Part shown: piece by piece, positions 30,600 to 41,700 of the stretch
How the letters are laid out: each line of letters begins with the position of its first letter
Position numbering within the stretch: the first letter of the stretch is position 1
Source: Terrimicrobiaceae bacterium
GTDB taxonomy: Bacteria; Verrucomicrobiota; Verrucomicrobiia; Chthoniobacterales; Terrimicrobiaceae
Length of the DNA stretch: 64,000 bases
Direction: 5' to 3'
NCBI GenBank assembly: GCA_041752695.1
Contig: JBGSVZ010000019.1
Location: forward strand, 32,001-96,000
Program-made: the position numbers and the translations under genes
The notes under the pieces: model-generated
Databases searched by the model: none
What the model saw: the letters and a program-made list of their open reading frames with translations, nothing else
Told to the model about the DNA's origin: nothing

Positions 30600-32480
30600 A
30601 TGAGTGTTTCCTTGCTATCCGCCAACGAACTGTCCCTGTCCTACGGATCCCAGAATCTGCTGGAAGCGGTCACCCTTGCCGTGGCCCCGGGAGAAAAGGT
30701 GGGGCTGGTCGGCCGCAATGGCTGCGGGAAAACCAGCCTGCTGAAAATTCTTTCCGGCGAACAAAAGCCCGACGGCGGCGAGGTCTCACGCCGCCGGAGC
30801 CTGCGCGTCGGGTATCTGCCCCAGGAGTTTGAATTGGACGGGGAAAAAACCGTGCAGGAAAACATCGAGGCCGGGGCGGCCGATCTGATGGATTGGATCC
30901 AGCGCTACGAAAACGGCGACGGGTCCGAATCCGAGCACTCGGAACTGCTGCACCTGATCGAACAAGCGGATGGCTGGAACCTGGAGTCGCGAATCAAGGC
31001 GGACGCCACCGCGCTTGGCGTACCCCCGCTTGATACCATCGTCGGCCCCCTTTCCGGCGGAGAAAAACGCCGCGTTGCGCTCTGCCGCGCGCTGGTCTCC
31101 GAACCGGACCTCCTCCTGCTCGACGAACCCACCAACCACCTCGACGCTGAATCCATCCGCTGGCTGGAGACGTTTTTACGGGGGTTCGCCGGGGCGGTGA
31201 TTTTTGTGACCCACGACCGCTATTTTCTCGACGTGATCGCCACCCGCATCGTCGAAATTGCGGAGGGACGGGCTTATTCTCATCCCGGCAACTACACCGC
31301 CTACCTGGAGTCGAAGGCCCTGCGTCAGCAAATCGCTGGGCAGGCCGAGCGGCGCCGGCAGCGGTTTTTGCGGGCCGAATTGGAATTTGTCCGTGCGGGC
31401 GTGCGCGCCCAGCGCTCAAAGTCCCGCAACCGGCTCGACACCTTTTATCAGATCGCCGGCCTGGAAGCCCCGCCGGAGGAGCGCGAAATGGATCTCATCC
31501 TGCCGCCGCCGCCCGGGATGGGCAACATCGGCGTCGAATTGGTGGATGTGGGGGCGCGCGTCGGCGAAGGCGACGAGGAACGCTGGCTCTTCCGCGGGCT
31601 CAATCTTTCCCTCAAGGCGGGAGAATGCACCGGGGTGGTGGGACGCAACGGGGTCGGAAAAACCACCCTGCTGCGCCTCTGTCTGGGCGAACGCGAAGCG
31701 GACGAGGGCACGGTGACCATCGGGAAAAAGGTTTCCTTTAACTACATCGACCAGACCCGTCAGGAACTTGACGGTTCCCTCACCGTCATCGAGCAGGTGG
31801 CGGACTTAGGCGGCGAGACGGTTTCCTTTGGCGATCAAAAACTCGCGGTGCGCGCGTTTCTCCGGCGATTTCTTTTCAACGACGAGCGCGTGCGGGAACG
31901 GGTGGACCGGCTCTCCGGAGGCGAACGGGCCAGGCTCCTGCTAGCAAGGGTACTCAAGCGGGGAGGCAATCTCATCGTGCTCGACGAACCGACCAACGAC
32001 CTCGACCTGCCCAGCCTGCGCATGCTGGAGGAGGCCCTGGTGGCCTTTGGTGGCAGCGTGCTGGTGGTGAGCCACGACCGCTACTTCCTCGACCGTGTCT
32101 GCGATCAGGTCGTGGCCTTCGAGGACGGGGGCGTGCATGTCCAGCCGGGCAATTATTCCTACTACCTCGAAAAACGGAAAGAGCGCGAGAAGCGCCGGTC
32201 CGAACCAGCCACGCCGGTCACCCAACCCGCCGCAGCGGCCCCCCGCGGGAAAGTCCGCAAACTCAGCTTCAAGGAACAGCGCGAACTGGATGGCATCGAG
32301 GACGTGATTCTGGCTACCGAGACGCGTGTCGCCGAGATCAACGCCCTGCTCAACGACCCCGAGTTTTACATCACGCGTTCCCAGGAAGCCGCCCCGCTCC
32401 AGGCCGAACTGGACGCCGGACGCCTGGAAGTGGCGCGCCTCTACGCCCGCTGGGAGGAACTGGAAAACGTCGGCAAATAG
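30600..32480 (+). CDS. uup: ABC-F family ATPase, Uup-like
   Basis: Two ABC domains (GRNGCGKT, LSGGE, DEPTNHLD; GRNGVGKT, DEPTNDLD) and C-terminal KLSFKEQREL...RWEELE coiled coil. Confidence 0.88.
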   Translation: MSVSLLSANELSLSYGSQNLLEAVTLAVAPGEKVGLVGRNGCGKTSLLKILSGEQKPDGGEVSRRRSLRVGYLPQEFELDGEKTVQENIEAGAADLMDWIQRYENGDGSESEHSELLHLIEQADGWNLESRIKADATALGVPPLDTIVGPLSGGEKRRVALCRALVSEPDLLLLDEPTNHLDAESIRWLETFLRGFAGAVIFVTHDRYFLDVIATRIVEIAEGRAYSHPGNYTAYLESKALRQQIAGQAERRRQRFLRAELEFVRAGVRAQRSKSRNRLDTFYQIAGLEAPPEEREMDLILPPPPGMGNIGVELVDVGARVGEGDEERWLFRGLNLSLKAGECTGVVGRNGVGKTTLLRLCLGEREADEGTVTIGKKVSFNYIDQTRQELDGSLTVIEQVADLGGETVSFGDQKLAVRAFLRRFLFNDERVRERVDRLSGGERARLLLARVLKRGGNLIVLDEPTNDLDLPSLRMLEEALVAFGGSVLVVSHDRYFLDRVCDQVVAFEDGGVHVQPGNYSYYLEKRKEREKRRSEPATPVTQPAAAAPRGKVRKLSFKEQRELDGIEDVILATETRVAEINALLNDPEFYITRSQEAAPLQAELDAGRLEVARLYARWEELENVGK

Positions 32481-32545
32481 GCCGGCGGAGATGCGAATGG
32501 CCGCATCCTTTCCTTTCCCAAAACGCAAAACTTTCGGACGGAAGC

Positions 32546-33886
32546 TCAGAGCGACCCGAAAGCCGCGTCGAGCACCTCGAGGAGGAAATCCGCATCGGCC
32601 CGGGTGATGCACATGGGCGGGGAAAAGCGAATCGTCTGGCCCCACAGGCCGCCCTTGCCCAACAGCAGGCCCATCTCACGCGCCTTCTCCAGTACGGCGG
32701 CACAGGCTTCCTTGTTGGGCTCCTTGGTCGCACGGTCCTTGACGAGTTCGAGCCCGAGCATGAGGCCCATACCTCGGACGTCGCCGATGACCGCGTACTT
32801 TTCCTTCAGCCGATTGAGACCGGCGAGGATGTAAGCACCGAGTTCGAGGCAGTTTTTCTGCAGGTTTTCCGTTTCAATCACTTCCAGTACGGCCTTGCCG
32901 ATGGCGCTGACGACGGGATTTCCGCCGAAGGTGTTGAAGTGAATTTTCTGGGCGAGCACGCGGGCAATTTCCGGCGTGGTGACGACCGCGGCTAGCGGGG
33001 CACCGTTACCGATGCTCTTGGCCATGGTGACAATATCCGGAACGACACCCTGCGTTTCAAACCCCCAAAAATGCGTCCCCGTGCGACCGAAGCCGGTCTG
33101 AACTTCGTCCGCGATGCACACCCCGCCCGCCGCACGAACATGCTCGTACGTGTGTTTCAGGTAACCCTCGGGAAACACCACAAATCCCCCCACCCCTTGA
33201 ATCGACTCGGCGATGAACCCCGCCACCTTGCCGGAAGTCGCGTAGTCGATGATCGACTTCACGTCGTCGGCATACTTCCTTCCGGCCTCGGGCTCGTCGT
33301 AGCCGAAGTTTCCCCGATAGCAATACGGGGCCTGCGCGTGGTGGACGCCGAAACTGTGCGGCACGTTGAACTTCCACGAACTATGCGCCGTGACGGACAT
33401 GCCCGTGGAGTTCCCACCATGGTAGGCGTTACGCAGCGCGATCATGTCGTAGTTGCCCGTATAAAGCCGGGCCATGAGCAGCGCGAGGTCGTTGGCCTCG
33501 GAACCAGAATTCACGAAATAACAAACCTTGAGATTGCCGGGGAGTTTCGACGCCAGTTTTTCCGCATACTCCGCAATCTTGGGCTGGAGGTAGATCGTGG
33601 TGGAATGCTGGATGATCTCATTCTGCTCGTTGGCCGCCTTGACGACATGGGGATGGCAGTGTCCGGCGCTGATGGTGACGATCCCGCCGAGCCCGTCGAG
33701 GTAGCGTTTGCCGGTCTCGTCCCAGACATACTGCATCTTGCCCTCCACCACCATGAGAGGCGTTTTGTAATAGAGAAACAGGCCGGGACTAAGGAATTGT
33801 TGGCGCAGGGCAAGCACCTCTGCGGCCGTGAGGCCAGTGTAGGGTTTGGGTTGAAAAGCGGTGGGAGGAAGGACGGGTGTGTTCAT
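32546..33886 (-). CDS. Class III aminotransferase, AGXT2/PYD4-like (alanine-glyoxylate or beta-alanine-pyruvate)
   Basis: [44 protein letters not shown]. Confidence 0.9.
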   Translation of the reverse strand: MNTPVLPPTAFQPKPYTGLTAAEVLALRQQFLSPGLFLYYKTPLMVVEGKMQYVWDETGKRYLDGLGGIVTISAGHCHPHVVKAANEQNEIIQHSTTIYLQPKIAEYAEKLASKLPGNLKVCYFVNSGSEANDLALLMARLYTGNYDMIALRNAYHGGNSTGMSVTAHSSWKFNVPHSFGVHHAQAPYCYRGNFGYDEPEAGRKYADDVKSIIDYATSGKVAGFIAESIQGVGGFVVFPEGYLKHTYEHVRAAGGVCIADEVQTGFGRTGTHFWGFETQGVVPDIVTMAKSIGNGAPLAAVVTTPEIARVLAQKIHFNTFGGNPVVSAIGKAVLEVIETENLQKNCLELGAYILAGLNRLKEKYAVIGDVRGMGLMLGLELVKDRATKEPNKEACAAVLEKAREMGLLLGKGGLWGQTIRFSPPMCITRADADFLLEVLDAAFGSL

Positions 33887-35358
33887 GGTGATGGGTCAGT
33901 TCGGAAATTTCGCTGGAGGAAAAGATGAGCGGCAAAAGCGATGCCAAAGCCGGAGAACCAGGAAAAGTCGTAGAGCCCGGTGAAAAACGCCGGCACGGAG
34001 TCCGCGGGCAACGCTTTCACTTTGACCAGGAAACCCGGCAGATGCGGCAGGATCCCGAGAAAAAGCGCGATCAACGCCTTGATCGAAAAGCCGTTCTGGA
34101 ACCGATAGGGTCCATCGAGCGTGTAGAGCGCGGCGGGTTCCAGTTTCTGGCGGCGAATCAGAAAATAATCCGCGATCATGATCCCACCGATGGGCCCGAG
34201 CAAGGCGCTGTAGCCGAGCAGCCAATTGATATAAACGGAGGCATTGGCGACGAGGTGCCAAGGCATGATCAGGATGCCGATGATTCCGGCAATGACGCCC
34301 CCGATCTTGAAGGTGATGCGGCTCGGCCAGAGGTTGGAAAAATCGTTGGCGGGGGAAACGATATTGGCCGCGATGTTGGTGGTGAGGGTTGCCACGATCA
34401 GGGCGATCAGACCGGGGATGACAACCAGCGGGTTGTCAAACTTGGCGAGCAGCGTGATGGGGTCCCAGATTGCCTCCCCAAAAACCACAATCGTCGCGCT
34501 CGTCGTGGCCACGCCGATGAACGAATACAACGCCATCGTCCCCGGCATCCCGATGGCCTGGCCCAGGACCTGGTCGCGCTGGCTTTTGGCGAAGCGGGAA
34601 AAATCCGGGATGTTGAGCGAAAGCGTCGCCCAGAAACCGACCATCGCGGTTAGTCCAGGGACAAAAGCCGCCCAGAATTCTGCCGTGGTCGCGAACTTCG
34701 ACGGCTGGCTGAAGATCGGCCCGAACCCGCCCGCCGCAAAATACGCCCAGCCCAGCAACCCCAGACCGACGGCCAGCAGAAACGGCGCGCCCCAATTTTC
34801 CAGCCAGCGGATGCAGTCGATCCCCTTGAGAACCACCGCCATGTTCAACGCCCAGAAAATCAGAAAGCAGGCAAACTCCCCTGCGGAAATCCCCAGCACC
34901 GGGAGCGCCACTTTCTGCGTGGGATCAAACCCAAAAAGCAGCACGCCAATCGAATAAATCGCGCTGCCCCCAATCCAGGTTTGAATCCCAAACCACCCAC
35001 AAGCCACGATGGCCCGCATCAGCGCCGGAATGTTCGAGCCGTAAATCCCAAACGAGGAACGCAGCAGGATGGGAAACGGGATTCCATAGGCGGTGCCCGC
35101 GCGGGCATTCAGCGCCAACGGCACCAGAACAATCAGGTTACCGAGCAGAACGGTGAGCACGGCCTGCCACCAGTTCATCCCGCCGGCAATCAGGCCACTG
35201 GCAAGCTGGTAGGTGGGGATGCAAATGGCCATGCCCACCCACAAAGCCGCGATGTCCCACTTGCCCCAGGTGCGCGCAGACATCGGGACGGGCGCGAGGT
35301 CGGGATTCCAAAGCCGATTATCCGGGGAAGGGGCGGGATGGACGGCTGGGGACGACAT
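33883..35358 (-). CDS. NCS1 nucleobase:cation symporter
   Basis: [43 protein letters not shown]. Confidence 0.93.
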   Translation of the reverse strand: MSSPAVHPAPSPDNRLWNPDLAPVPMSARTWGKWDIAALWVGMAICIPTYQLASGLIAGGMNWWQAVLTVLLGNLIVLVPLALNARAGTAYGIPFPILLRSSFGIYGSNIPALMRAIVACGWFGIQTWIGGSAIYSIGVLLFGFDPTQKVALPVLGISAGEFACFLIFWALNMAVVLKGIDCIRWLENWGAPFLLAVGLGLLGWAYFAAGGFGPIFSQPSKFATTAEFWAAFVPGLTAMVGFWATLSLNIPDFSRFAKSQRDQVLGQAIGMPGTMALYSFIGVATTSATIVVFGEAIWDPITLLAKFDNPLVVIPGLIALIVATLTTNIAANIVSPANDFSNLWPSRITFKIGGVIAGIIGILIMPWHLVANASVYINWLLGYSALLGPIGGIMIADYFLIRRQKLEPAALYTLDGPYRFQNGFSIKALIALFLGILPHLPGFLVKVKALPADSVPAFFTGLYDFSWFSGFGIAFAAHLFLQRNFRTDPSP

Positions 35359-35444
35359 ACAACGTTAGACTCTAGCCAGCAGTCCCAATGCCAACACGGG
35401 AGGAGATCCCGTCATTCCTGGAAAAAACTTCCCTCATCGTCCGC

Positions 35445-36419
35445 TCACCGCCCGTAGCCGCCAGGGTTCTTCACGTGCCAATTCCAGGCACTTTCCACAA
35501 TGGTGCGGATGTCGCCAAATTTCGGCGCCCAGCCAAGTTCCGCCCGAACTTTGTCCGATCCTGCGATGAGGCGGGGCGGGTCCCCGGCACGACGGGGTTT
35601 TTCATGGGCGGTGATGGTTTTCCCGGTGATGGATTCACACGCGGCGATCACTTCCTTCACCGAGGTTCCGCCACCCGTTCCGAGGTTGTACTTCTCACTC
35701 TTCTCCGCCTTGAGAGCGAGGATATGAGCCTGCGCGAGGTCCAGCACGTGGATGTAATCCCGAATGCAGGAACCATCGGGAGTGGGGTAGTCGGTGCCAA
35801 AAATGTCCACCGAATCCCGCTGGCCCAGGGCGACCTTGAGCACGTTGGGGATGAGATGGGTTTCGATCCGGTGATCCTCGCCGAATTTCTCCGTGGCCCC
35901 CGCCGCGTTGAAATACCGGAGGGCGACGTATTTCAGACCATGACAGTCGTCGTACCAGCGGAGGATTTTTTCGAAGAGGAGCTTGGATTCTCCGTAGGGA
36001 TTGATGGGATTCTGCGGCAGGGTTTCGTCGATCGGCACCCGATCAGGAATGCCAAATGTCGCGCAGGTGGAGGAAAAAACGAATTTCTTCACCCCACACT
36101 CCACGGCCGCGTCGAGCAAATTGACCCCATTGGCCACATTGTTGCGGAAATATTTCGAGGGATTTTCCATGGACTCGCCGACCAGGGCGTTGGCGGCAAA
36201 ATGCATCACGGCGTCGGGTTTCACCTCGCCCATGGCATGGCGGATGACGGTGGGGTCGGCCAGATCGCCTTGAAAAAATTCCGCGCGGGAATCAATGGCC
36301 TTCTTGTGGCCCTCCGTCAGATTGTCGAAAACGGCCACCTCGTAGCCTTCGTTCAGGAGTTGCTCGACACAGACACTGCCAATGTAGCCGGCGCCGCCGG
36401 TCACAAAAATTGTTTTCAT
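35445..36419 (-). CDS. galE: UDP-glucose 4-epimerase
   Basis: TGGAGYIGS, YGESK, LRYFNAAGA, ETHLIP, RDYIHV.DLA. Confidence 0.95.
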   Translation of the reverse strand: MKTIFVTGGAGYIGSVCVEQLLNEGYEVAVFDNLTEGHKKAIDSRAEFFQGDLADPTVIRHAMGEVKPDAVMHFAANALVGESMENPSKYFRNNVANGVNLLDAAVECGVKKFVFSSTCATFGIPDRVPIDETLPQNPINPYGESKLLFEKILRWYDDCHGLKYVALRYFNAAGATEKFGEDHRIETHLIPNVLKVALGQRDSVDIFGTDYPTPDGSCIRDYIHVLDLAQAHILALKAEKSEKYNLGTGGGTSVKEVIAACESITGKTITAHEKPRRAGDPPRLIAGSDKVRAELGWAPKFGDIRTIVESAWNWHVKNPGGYGR

Positions 36420-36452
36420 GAAAGGACCAGCCTAGCGGTGCCGGAGGGACAA

Positions 36453-38123
36453 TCAAGCGCGAGAGTTGGAAGCGGCCACGCGGCTGCCCCACTCCAGAAG
36501 CTCCTTGGTGCAATCATCACGGTCGATGGCACATTCGATCAGGACCAACCCTGGATGAGCCCGGGCCTTTGCGATGGCGGCGGAGAGCTCGGCGCCGGTT
36601 GTCGCGCGGAATCCCAGTCCGTTTCCCTCCCCCGCATTAAAAACCTCCACGAGGCCGGCATAATCCCAGTTTTTGATGTTATTGTACGGACCGTCGTGAA
36701 TCTCCACCTCGATGGTGTAGCCGCGGTTGTTGATCAGAAAAATGATCGGGTTGGCCCCGTGGCGAATCATGGTGGAAACCTCCTGTGCCGTGAGCTGGAA
36801 GGATCCGTCCCCCGTGAGGGTGATCGTCCTTCGAGGTGCGGCGAGCGCTACACCAAGGGTGGCTCCGGTGGCCCAGCCGATGGAACCGTATTGCATCTGG
36901 AAATGGTAACGCATCCCGGCCGGCAGGTGCAGCTTCTGGCCGTTGAACCAACTGTCTCCTGTCTCGACGACCAGGCTCTCGCCGGGAGCGATCGTCTCCT
37001 GAATCTGACGCCGAAGTTCACGCAGCGAAAGTGGAGCTTCCGGAGGAGCGACCGCCACGGGGGCGGGTGCTTCATAAAGCCGGCGGTAGGCAGTGAGGGA
37101 AGCCGGATTGGCGGTCATCTTTCCCGCCAAGGCGGCAAGCACATCGCGCAGATAGACTCCGGTGAAAATTGCGTTTTCAAAGCGCACAAAATTCTCCCCA
37201 AGGTGAAGACGTTTCGATGCGGGCATGAGGGCGGACCAACCGGTCGTGGTGTAGTCCGTAAAGACAGGTCCGGCAAATATCTGACAGTCGCTGGACTCCA
37301 CGATCTCCGCACAAAACGGGCTGCTGACCTCACCCCAATAGGTCCCCATGAAAGCGGGATGGGTTTCGTCGATCAGTCCCTTGGCATCGGGCATCACGGC
37401 GACGGCGGATCCCAGCGCATCAGCCAACTGGCGGAACTCCTCCGTGGCGCCGCCGCTACGCAGTTTCACACCGCCAAGAAGCACGGGTTTCACCGCGGCG
37501 CCAATGCGGGCGACGAGGGCATCAACCGCCGCCGCCAGCGCCAGCGGGTCGCTCACGGGCATGGACGGGGGAATCTGCCTCGCGGCCGGAGGAGGCACTT
37601 CACCAGCGGCCAGATTGCAGGCGATCTCGAGATAGACGGGCTTTTTCCGGGCGAGCGCCGTGCGGATGGCCTCGTCGATCATCAGGGGCGCATCCTCCAG
37701 GTGGCGGACGACAAACACCTTTTCCACCACGGGTTTGAAACATTCAGAGGACTGATAAAAATCCAGTTCGCCGATGGTGTGGTGAATCCGATGGCGGGCG
37801 GGAGCGTCGTTTGTGTTCGGGCCGCCGGAAATGAAAACTACCGGCAGATCATCGGAATAGGCCCCCGCGGCGGCATTGATGATGCTAAGACCACCAACCA
37901 TGTAGGTGAAACAAACCGCCGCAAATCCCGTTTCACGGGCATACCCATCGGCCGCGTATCCGGCGTTGAGTTCGTTGCAACACCCGACCATACGCAACCC
38001 GGGGTTTTTCAAAAACTGATCAAGGAGGACGAGATTGAAATCACCCGGGACGCAAAAAAAATCCTTCAGCCCCGCCTCCGTGAGACGCTGCGCAAGGTAG
38101 GTGCCAACATTGGAGGACGTCAT
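36453..38123 (-). CDS. pdc: ThDP-dependent 2-oxoacid decarboxylase, pyruvate decarboxylase type
   Basis: VPGDFNL.LLD, NELNAGYAADGYAR, HHTIG, ETGDSWFN, MQYGSIGW, GDGSFQLTAQE...NNRGYTIEVEIHDGPYN. Confidence 0.88.
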   Translation of the reverse strand: MTSSNVGTYLAQRLTEAGLKDFFCVPGDFNLVLLDQFLKNPGLRMVGCCNELNAGYAADGYARETGFAAVCFTYMVGGLSIINAAAGAYSDDLPVVFISGGPNTNDAPARHRIHHTIGELDFYQSSECFKPVVEKVFVVRHLEDAPLMIDEAIRTALARKKPVYLEIACNLAAGEVPPPAARQIPPSMPVSDPLALAAAVDALVARIGAAVKPVLLGGVKLRSGGATEEFRQLADALGSAVAVMPDAKGLIDETHPAFMGTYWGEVSSPFCAEIVESSDCQIFAGPVFTDYTTTGWSALMPASKRLHLGENFVRFENAIFTGVYLRDVLAALAGKMTANPASLTAYRRLYEAPAPVAVAPPEAPLSLRELRRQIQETIAPGESLVVETGDSWFNGQKLHLPAGMRYHFQMQYGSIGWATGATLGVALAAPRRTITLTGDGSFQLTAQEVSTMIRHGANPIIFLINNRGYTIEVEIHDGPYNNIKNWDYAGLVEVFNAGEGNGLGFRATTGAELSAAIAKARAHPGLVLIECAIDRDDCTKELLEWGSRVAASNSRA

Positions 38124-38191
38124 GATAGCGGTGAGCTAAACAACCAACGGCCTGGGTGGCAAACCTGTTGAGCCGTTGAGCCCCAAAACGG

Positions 38192-38719
38192 TTACGGTTT
38201 TCGTCCGTCCTGCGGCACCTTGGTCAGCTTCGCCACATCCACACCATTCCGCTTCAGCACCGCCACCCCGGAGGCAAAGTCCGCCTCGGAGAGCTTTGGC
38301 CCGCGCGCGAAAATCCAGCCGAGTTTGCCATCGGGCGTGGCAACGACGGCGTACCGATAGTCGTTCGCCACCGCCAGAATGACGAGCTTCACCTTGACCA
38401 ATCCGCCCAGGAAGGAGGCCGTCCAGCGGGCATTCGTTCCGGGATCGGTGACGGTCGCCACATTGCCGGCCTTCAGCAATTTGCCGTCGAACCCACCCTT
38501 GCGGGCGGTAAACACCGTGTCCACCTTGCCCTCCGGAGTGAGTTGGTAGGTTTCGAGGGAGTTGTAACAATCCTTCTCCGCGAAATACGGGATATTCGCG
38601 ACCACATGCCAGTCGCCCATATAACGCGGCAGATCAACTTTGGCGGCGGGGGTCACTTTTGGAGCCGACGCACAGCCTCCGACGAAAAGACCGAGTATCC
38701 CTGCAAGAATCGCTTTCAT
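38192..38719 (-). CDS. blc: Bacterial lipocalin (Blc-like lipoprotein)
   Basis: Lipobox FVGG|C from ATG 38719; VDLPRYMGDW; WIFAR. Confidence 0.85.
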   Translation of the reverse strand: MKAILAGILGLFVGGCASAPKVTPAAKVDLPRYMGDWHVVANIPYFAEKDCYNSLETYQLTPEGKVDTVFTARKGGFDGKLLKAGNVATVTDPGTNARWTASFLGGLVKVKLVILAVANDYRYAVVATPDGKLGWIFARGPKLSEADFASGVAVLKRNGVDVAKLTKVPQDGRKP

Positions 38720-38768
38720 GTGAAAAGGTAACGCGGCCATGGCCCGCCGCGGTTGCGTAAAATGTTTC

Positions 38769-41700
38769 TCAACCCTCGGAAAAATCAATCACGGCCTTGT
38801 GGAGGGCATGCTCATCTCCCACGGCGAAGCCGTCCCCGGCATGGATCACCGCCTTGCGCCCTGTCTGATAGACAATCTCGATGACCAGCGGACGTTTGCC
38901 CGGGTGGCGTTTCACCGCCTCCAAAAGCGCCGGCAAGTCGCCTTCGCTCAGTTTATCCCGGGAAAGGGTCAGCCGCACGGGTTTCACGGAAAGTTTCGGT
39001 TTCAGCGGGGCGAAACTGTTGACCATCGAGCGCACCTCGCCGTCGCGCAGACTGAGACGCGCCGAAACGCTCACCACGTTGCCGGGCACCAAAAGTGCGG
39101 CGTGTTCCGTGTAGGTGTCGTCCCAGGCAACCATTTCCAGCTGTCCGGTAAAATCCTCCAGGCGAACCACCGCAAAAGGTTTGCCGTCTTTTTTGCTGAA
39201 CTTTTTTTCCACCGTGGTGATGAGGCCGGCGAATTTAAAGGTGGCCGGCTCTTCAATCTGCATCGCCTGGGCAATGGAGGTGATTTTTACGCTGTCGAAA
39301 TGTCCGGCATAAGCCTGCAGCGGATGTCCGGTGATGTAATATCCCAACAATTCCTTTTCGAAGCCGAGCATCTCGGTCTTCGACCACTCTTCGACCGCCG
39401 GGGCGGAGGAAGACTGCGCGGAAGGCGCGCCACCCAGATCATCAAACAGCCCCCCCTGCCCGCTGGCGCGGTCCCGCTGGACGGCGGCGGCGGCGGACAT
39501 GGCCTGTTCGATCTCCGAGAAAAGCTGGGCGCGGTGTTTCTGAAAACTGTCGAACGCGCCGCATTTGACGAGACTCTCCAGAATCTTGCGATTGACCGTG
39601 CGCGAATCGAGCCGTGAGCAAAAATCCCCCAGCGATTGAAACGGTCCACCTTTCGCCCGCTCTTCCAGCATCGTTTGCATCGCACCCGCACCCACGTTTT
39701 TGATGGACGCAAGACCGAATCGGATCGCCACTTCCTTGCCGGATTTCTCCGGCGTAAAAAGCAACTGACTGTGATTGACGTCCGGCGCGAGGATATTGAT
39801 GCCGGCCCGCGTGCATTCCGCGATGACCACGGCAAGACGGTCTGTCGTCGCGGCATCGTGGGTGAGGACGGCGGACATGAACTCCACCGGAAAATGCGCC
39901 TTGGCGTAGGCCGTTTGATAGGAGACCCAGCCGTAGGCGGCACTGTGGGATTTGTTAAATCCGTATTCCGCGAACTTCGCGATAAAGTCGAAAATGGCGT
40001 GTCCCGTGCCCTCGCCGATGTTGTTGACGCGTTTTGCGCCCTCCACGAAGCGGATGCGCTCCTTGTCCATCTTCTCCTTGTCCTTCTTGCCCATCGCGCG
40101 GCGCAGCAAATCGGCGTCACCCAGAGAATAGCCAGCCAGCACGTTGGCGGCCCGCTGCACCTGTTCCTGATAAACAATGATGCCCTGCGTCTCGGCGCAA
40201 ACCTGTTCCAGCAAAGGGTGGGCGTATTCGATTTTTTTCAGCCCCTTTTTGCGTGCGATGTAATCATCGATGAATTGCATCGGACCCGGCCGGTAAAGCG
40301 CGCCGATGGCGATGATGTCCTCGATGCTGCTCACATCGAAACGTTTGCAACAATTGGTGATGCCGCCGCTTTCCATCTGGAAGACCCCGAGCGTTTCGCC
40401 GCGATTGTAAATGTCGAAAGCGGCCTTGTCGTCCGTGGGGATTTTCGCGATGTCGAAGGTCGGATCCTTCTCGTGGATCAGCCGCACCGCGTGCTGCAAA
40501 ATGGTGAGCGTCTTGAGCCCGAGGAAGTCCATCTTGAGCATACCGAGCTCGGTGAGCGCGTTCATCTCGTACTGCGTGATGACTTCGTTTTCCTTGCCGC
40601 GGCAGAGCGGGATGTATTCATCCAGCGGACGGTCCCCGATCACCACACCGGCGGCATGAATGCCGGTGTTGCGGCTGAGGCCTTCCAGGACGAGGGCATG
40701 ATCCCAGAGTGCCCGGGTGGAGGGTTCGTTCTCCAGCGCGGCCTTGAGCTCGGGGTTTTTTTCCGCGGCCGTGGTGAGCGAGATATTCAGCTCGTTGGGG
40801 ATCATCTTCGCCAGACGATCGCCGTCGGAATAACTCCAACCGAGCACCCGGCCCACGTCGCGCACGACGCTTTTGGCGCCCATCGTGCCGAAGGTGACGA
40901 TCTGCGACACGCAGCGTTCCCCGTATTTGCGACGCACGTAGTCGATCACCTCGCCGCGCCGCTCCATGCAAAAGTCCACGTCAATATCCGGCGGACTGAT
41001 ACGCTCGGGATTGAGGAAACGTTCGAAAATCAGGCCATATCGCAGCGGGTCAATATCCGTGATTCCCAGCGCGTAAGCGATGAGCGACCCCGCCGCGGAC
41101 CCACGGCCCGGGCCGACGGGGATGCCTTGCTGGCGGGCGTAGTCAATAAAGTCCCAGACGATGAGAAAGTAGCTAACGAACCCGGTTTTTTCGATCACGC
41201 CGAGTTCGTATTCCAGCCGCTGACGGAGTTCGTCGTCGGTGTCCGCACGGCCCCCGTAACGTTCCCGCAACCCCTGCCAACAGAGCTCCCGCAGATAAGC
41301 CTCACGGGTCTTGCCGGGTGGGGGCTCGAAGGCGGGGTATTTCGGTTTGCCGAACTCCAGATCGAGCCGGCAGCGTTCGGCGATACGCACCGTGTTGGAG
41401 AGGGATTCCGGAACCTCGGCAAAAAGCGCGGCCATTTCCTCGCTGCTTTTGAAATACAGTTCCGGCGAGTAGCGCATGCGCTTTTCGTCCATCACCATCG
41501 AGCCCGTGCCGATGCAGAGCATCACGTCGTGCGACTCGTGGTGGTCGCGATTCAGAAAATGCACGTCGTTGGCCGCGACCAAGTCGAGATCAAGATCACG
41601 GGCCACCTGAACCAAACCCGGATTGCAGCGGCGCTGGGCGTCGAGGCCGTGGTCGTGGAGCTCGATGAAATAATTTTCCTGGCCAAAAATGTCGCGGTAC

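Noticed and set aside
35388..38171. 927-aa plus-strand ORF
   Set aside because: Antisense shadow of galE and pdc; no recognisable motifs; long opposite-strand frames are common in high-GC coding DNA.
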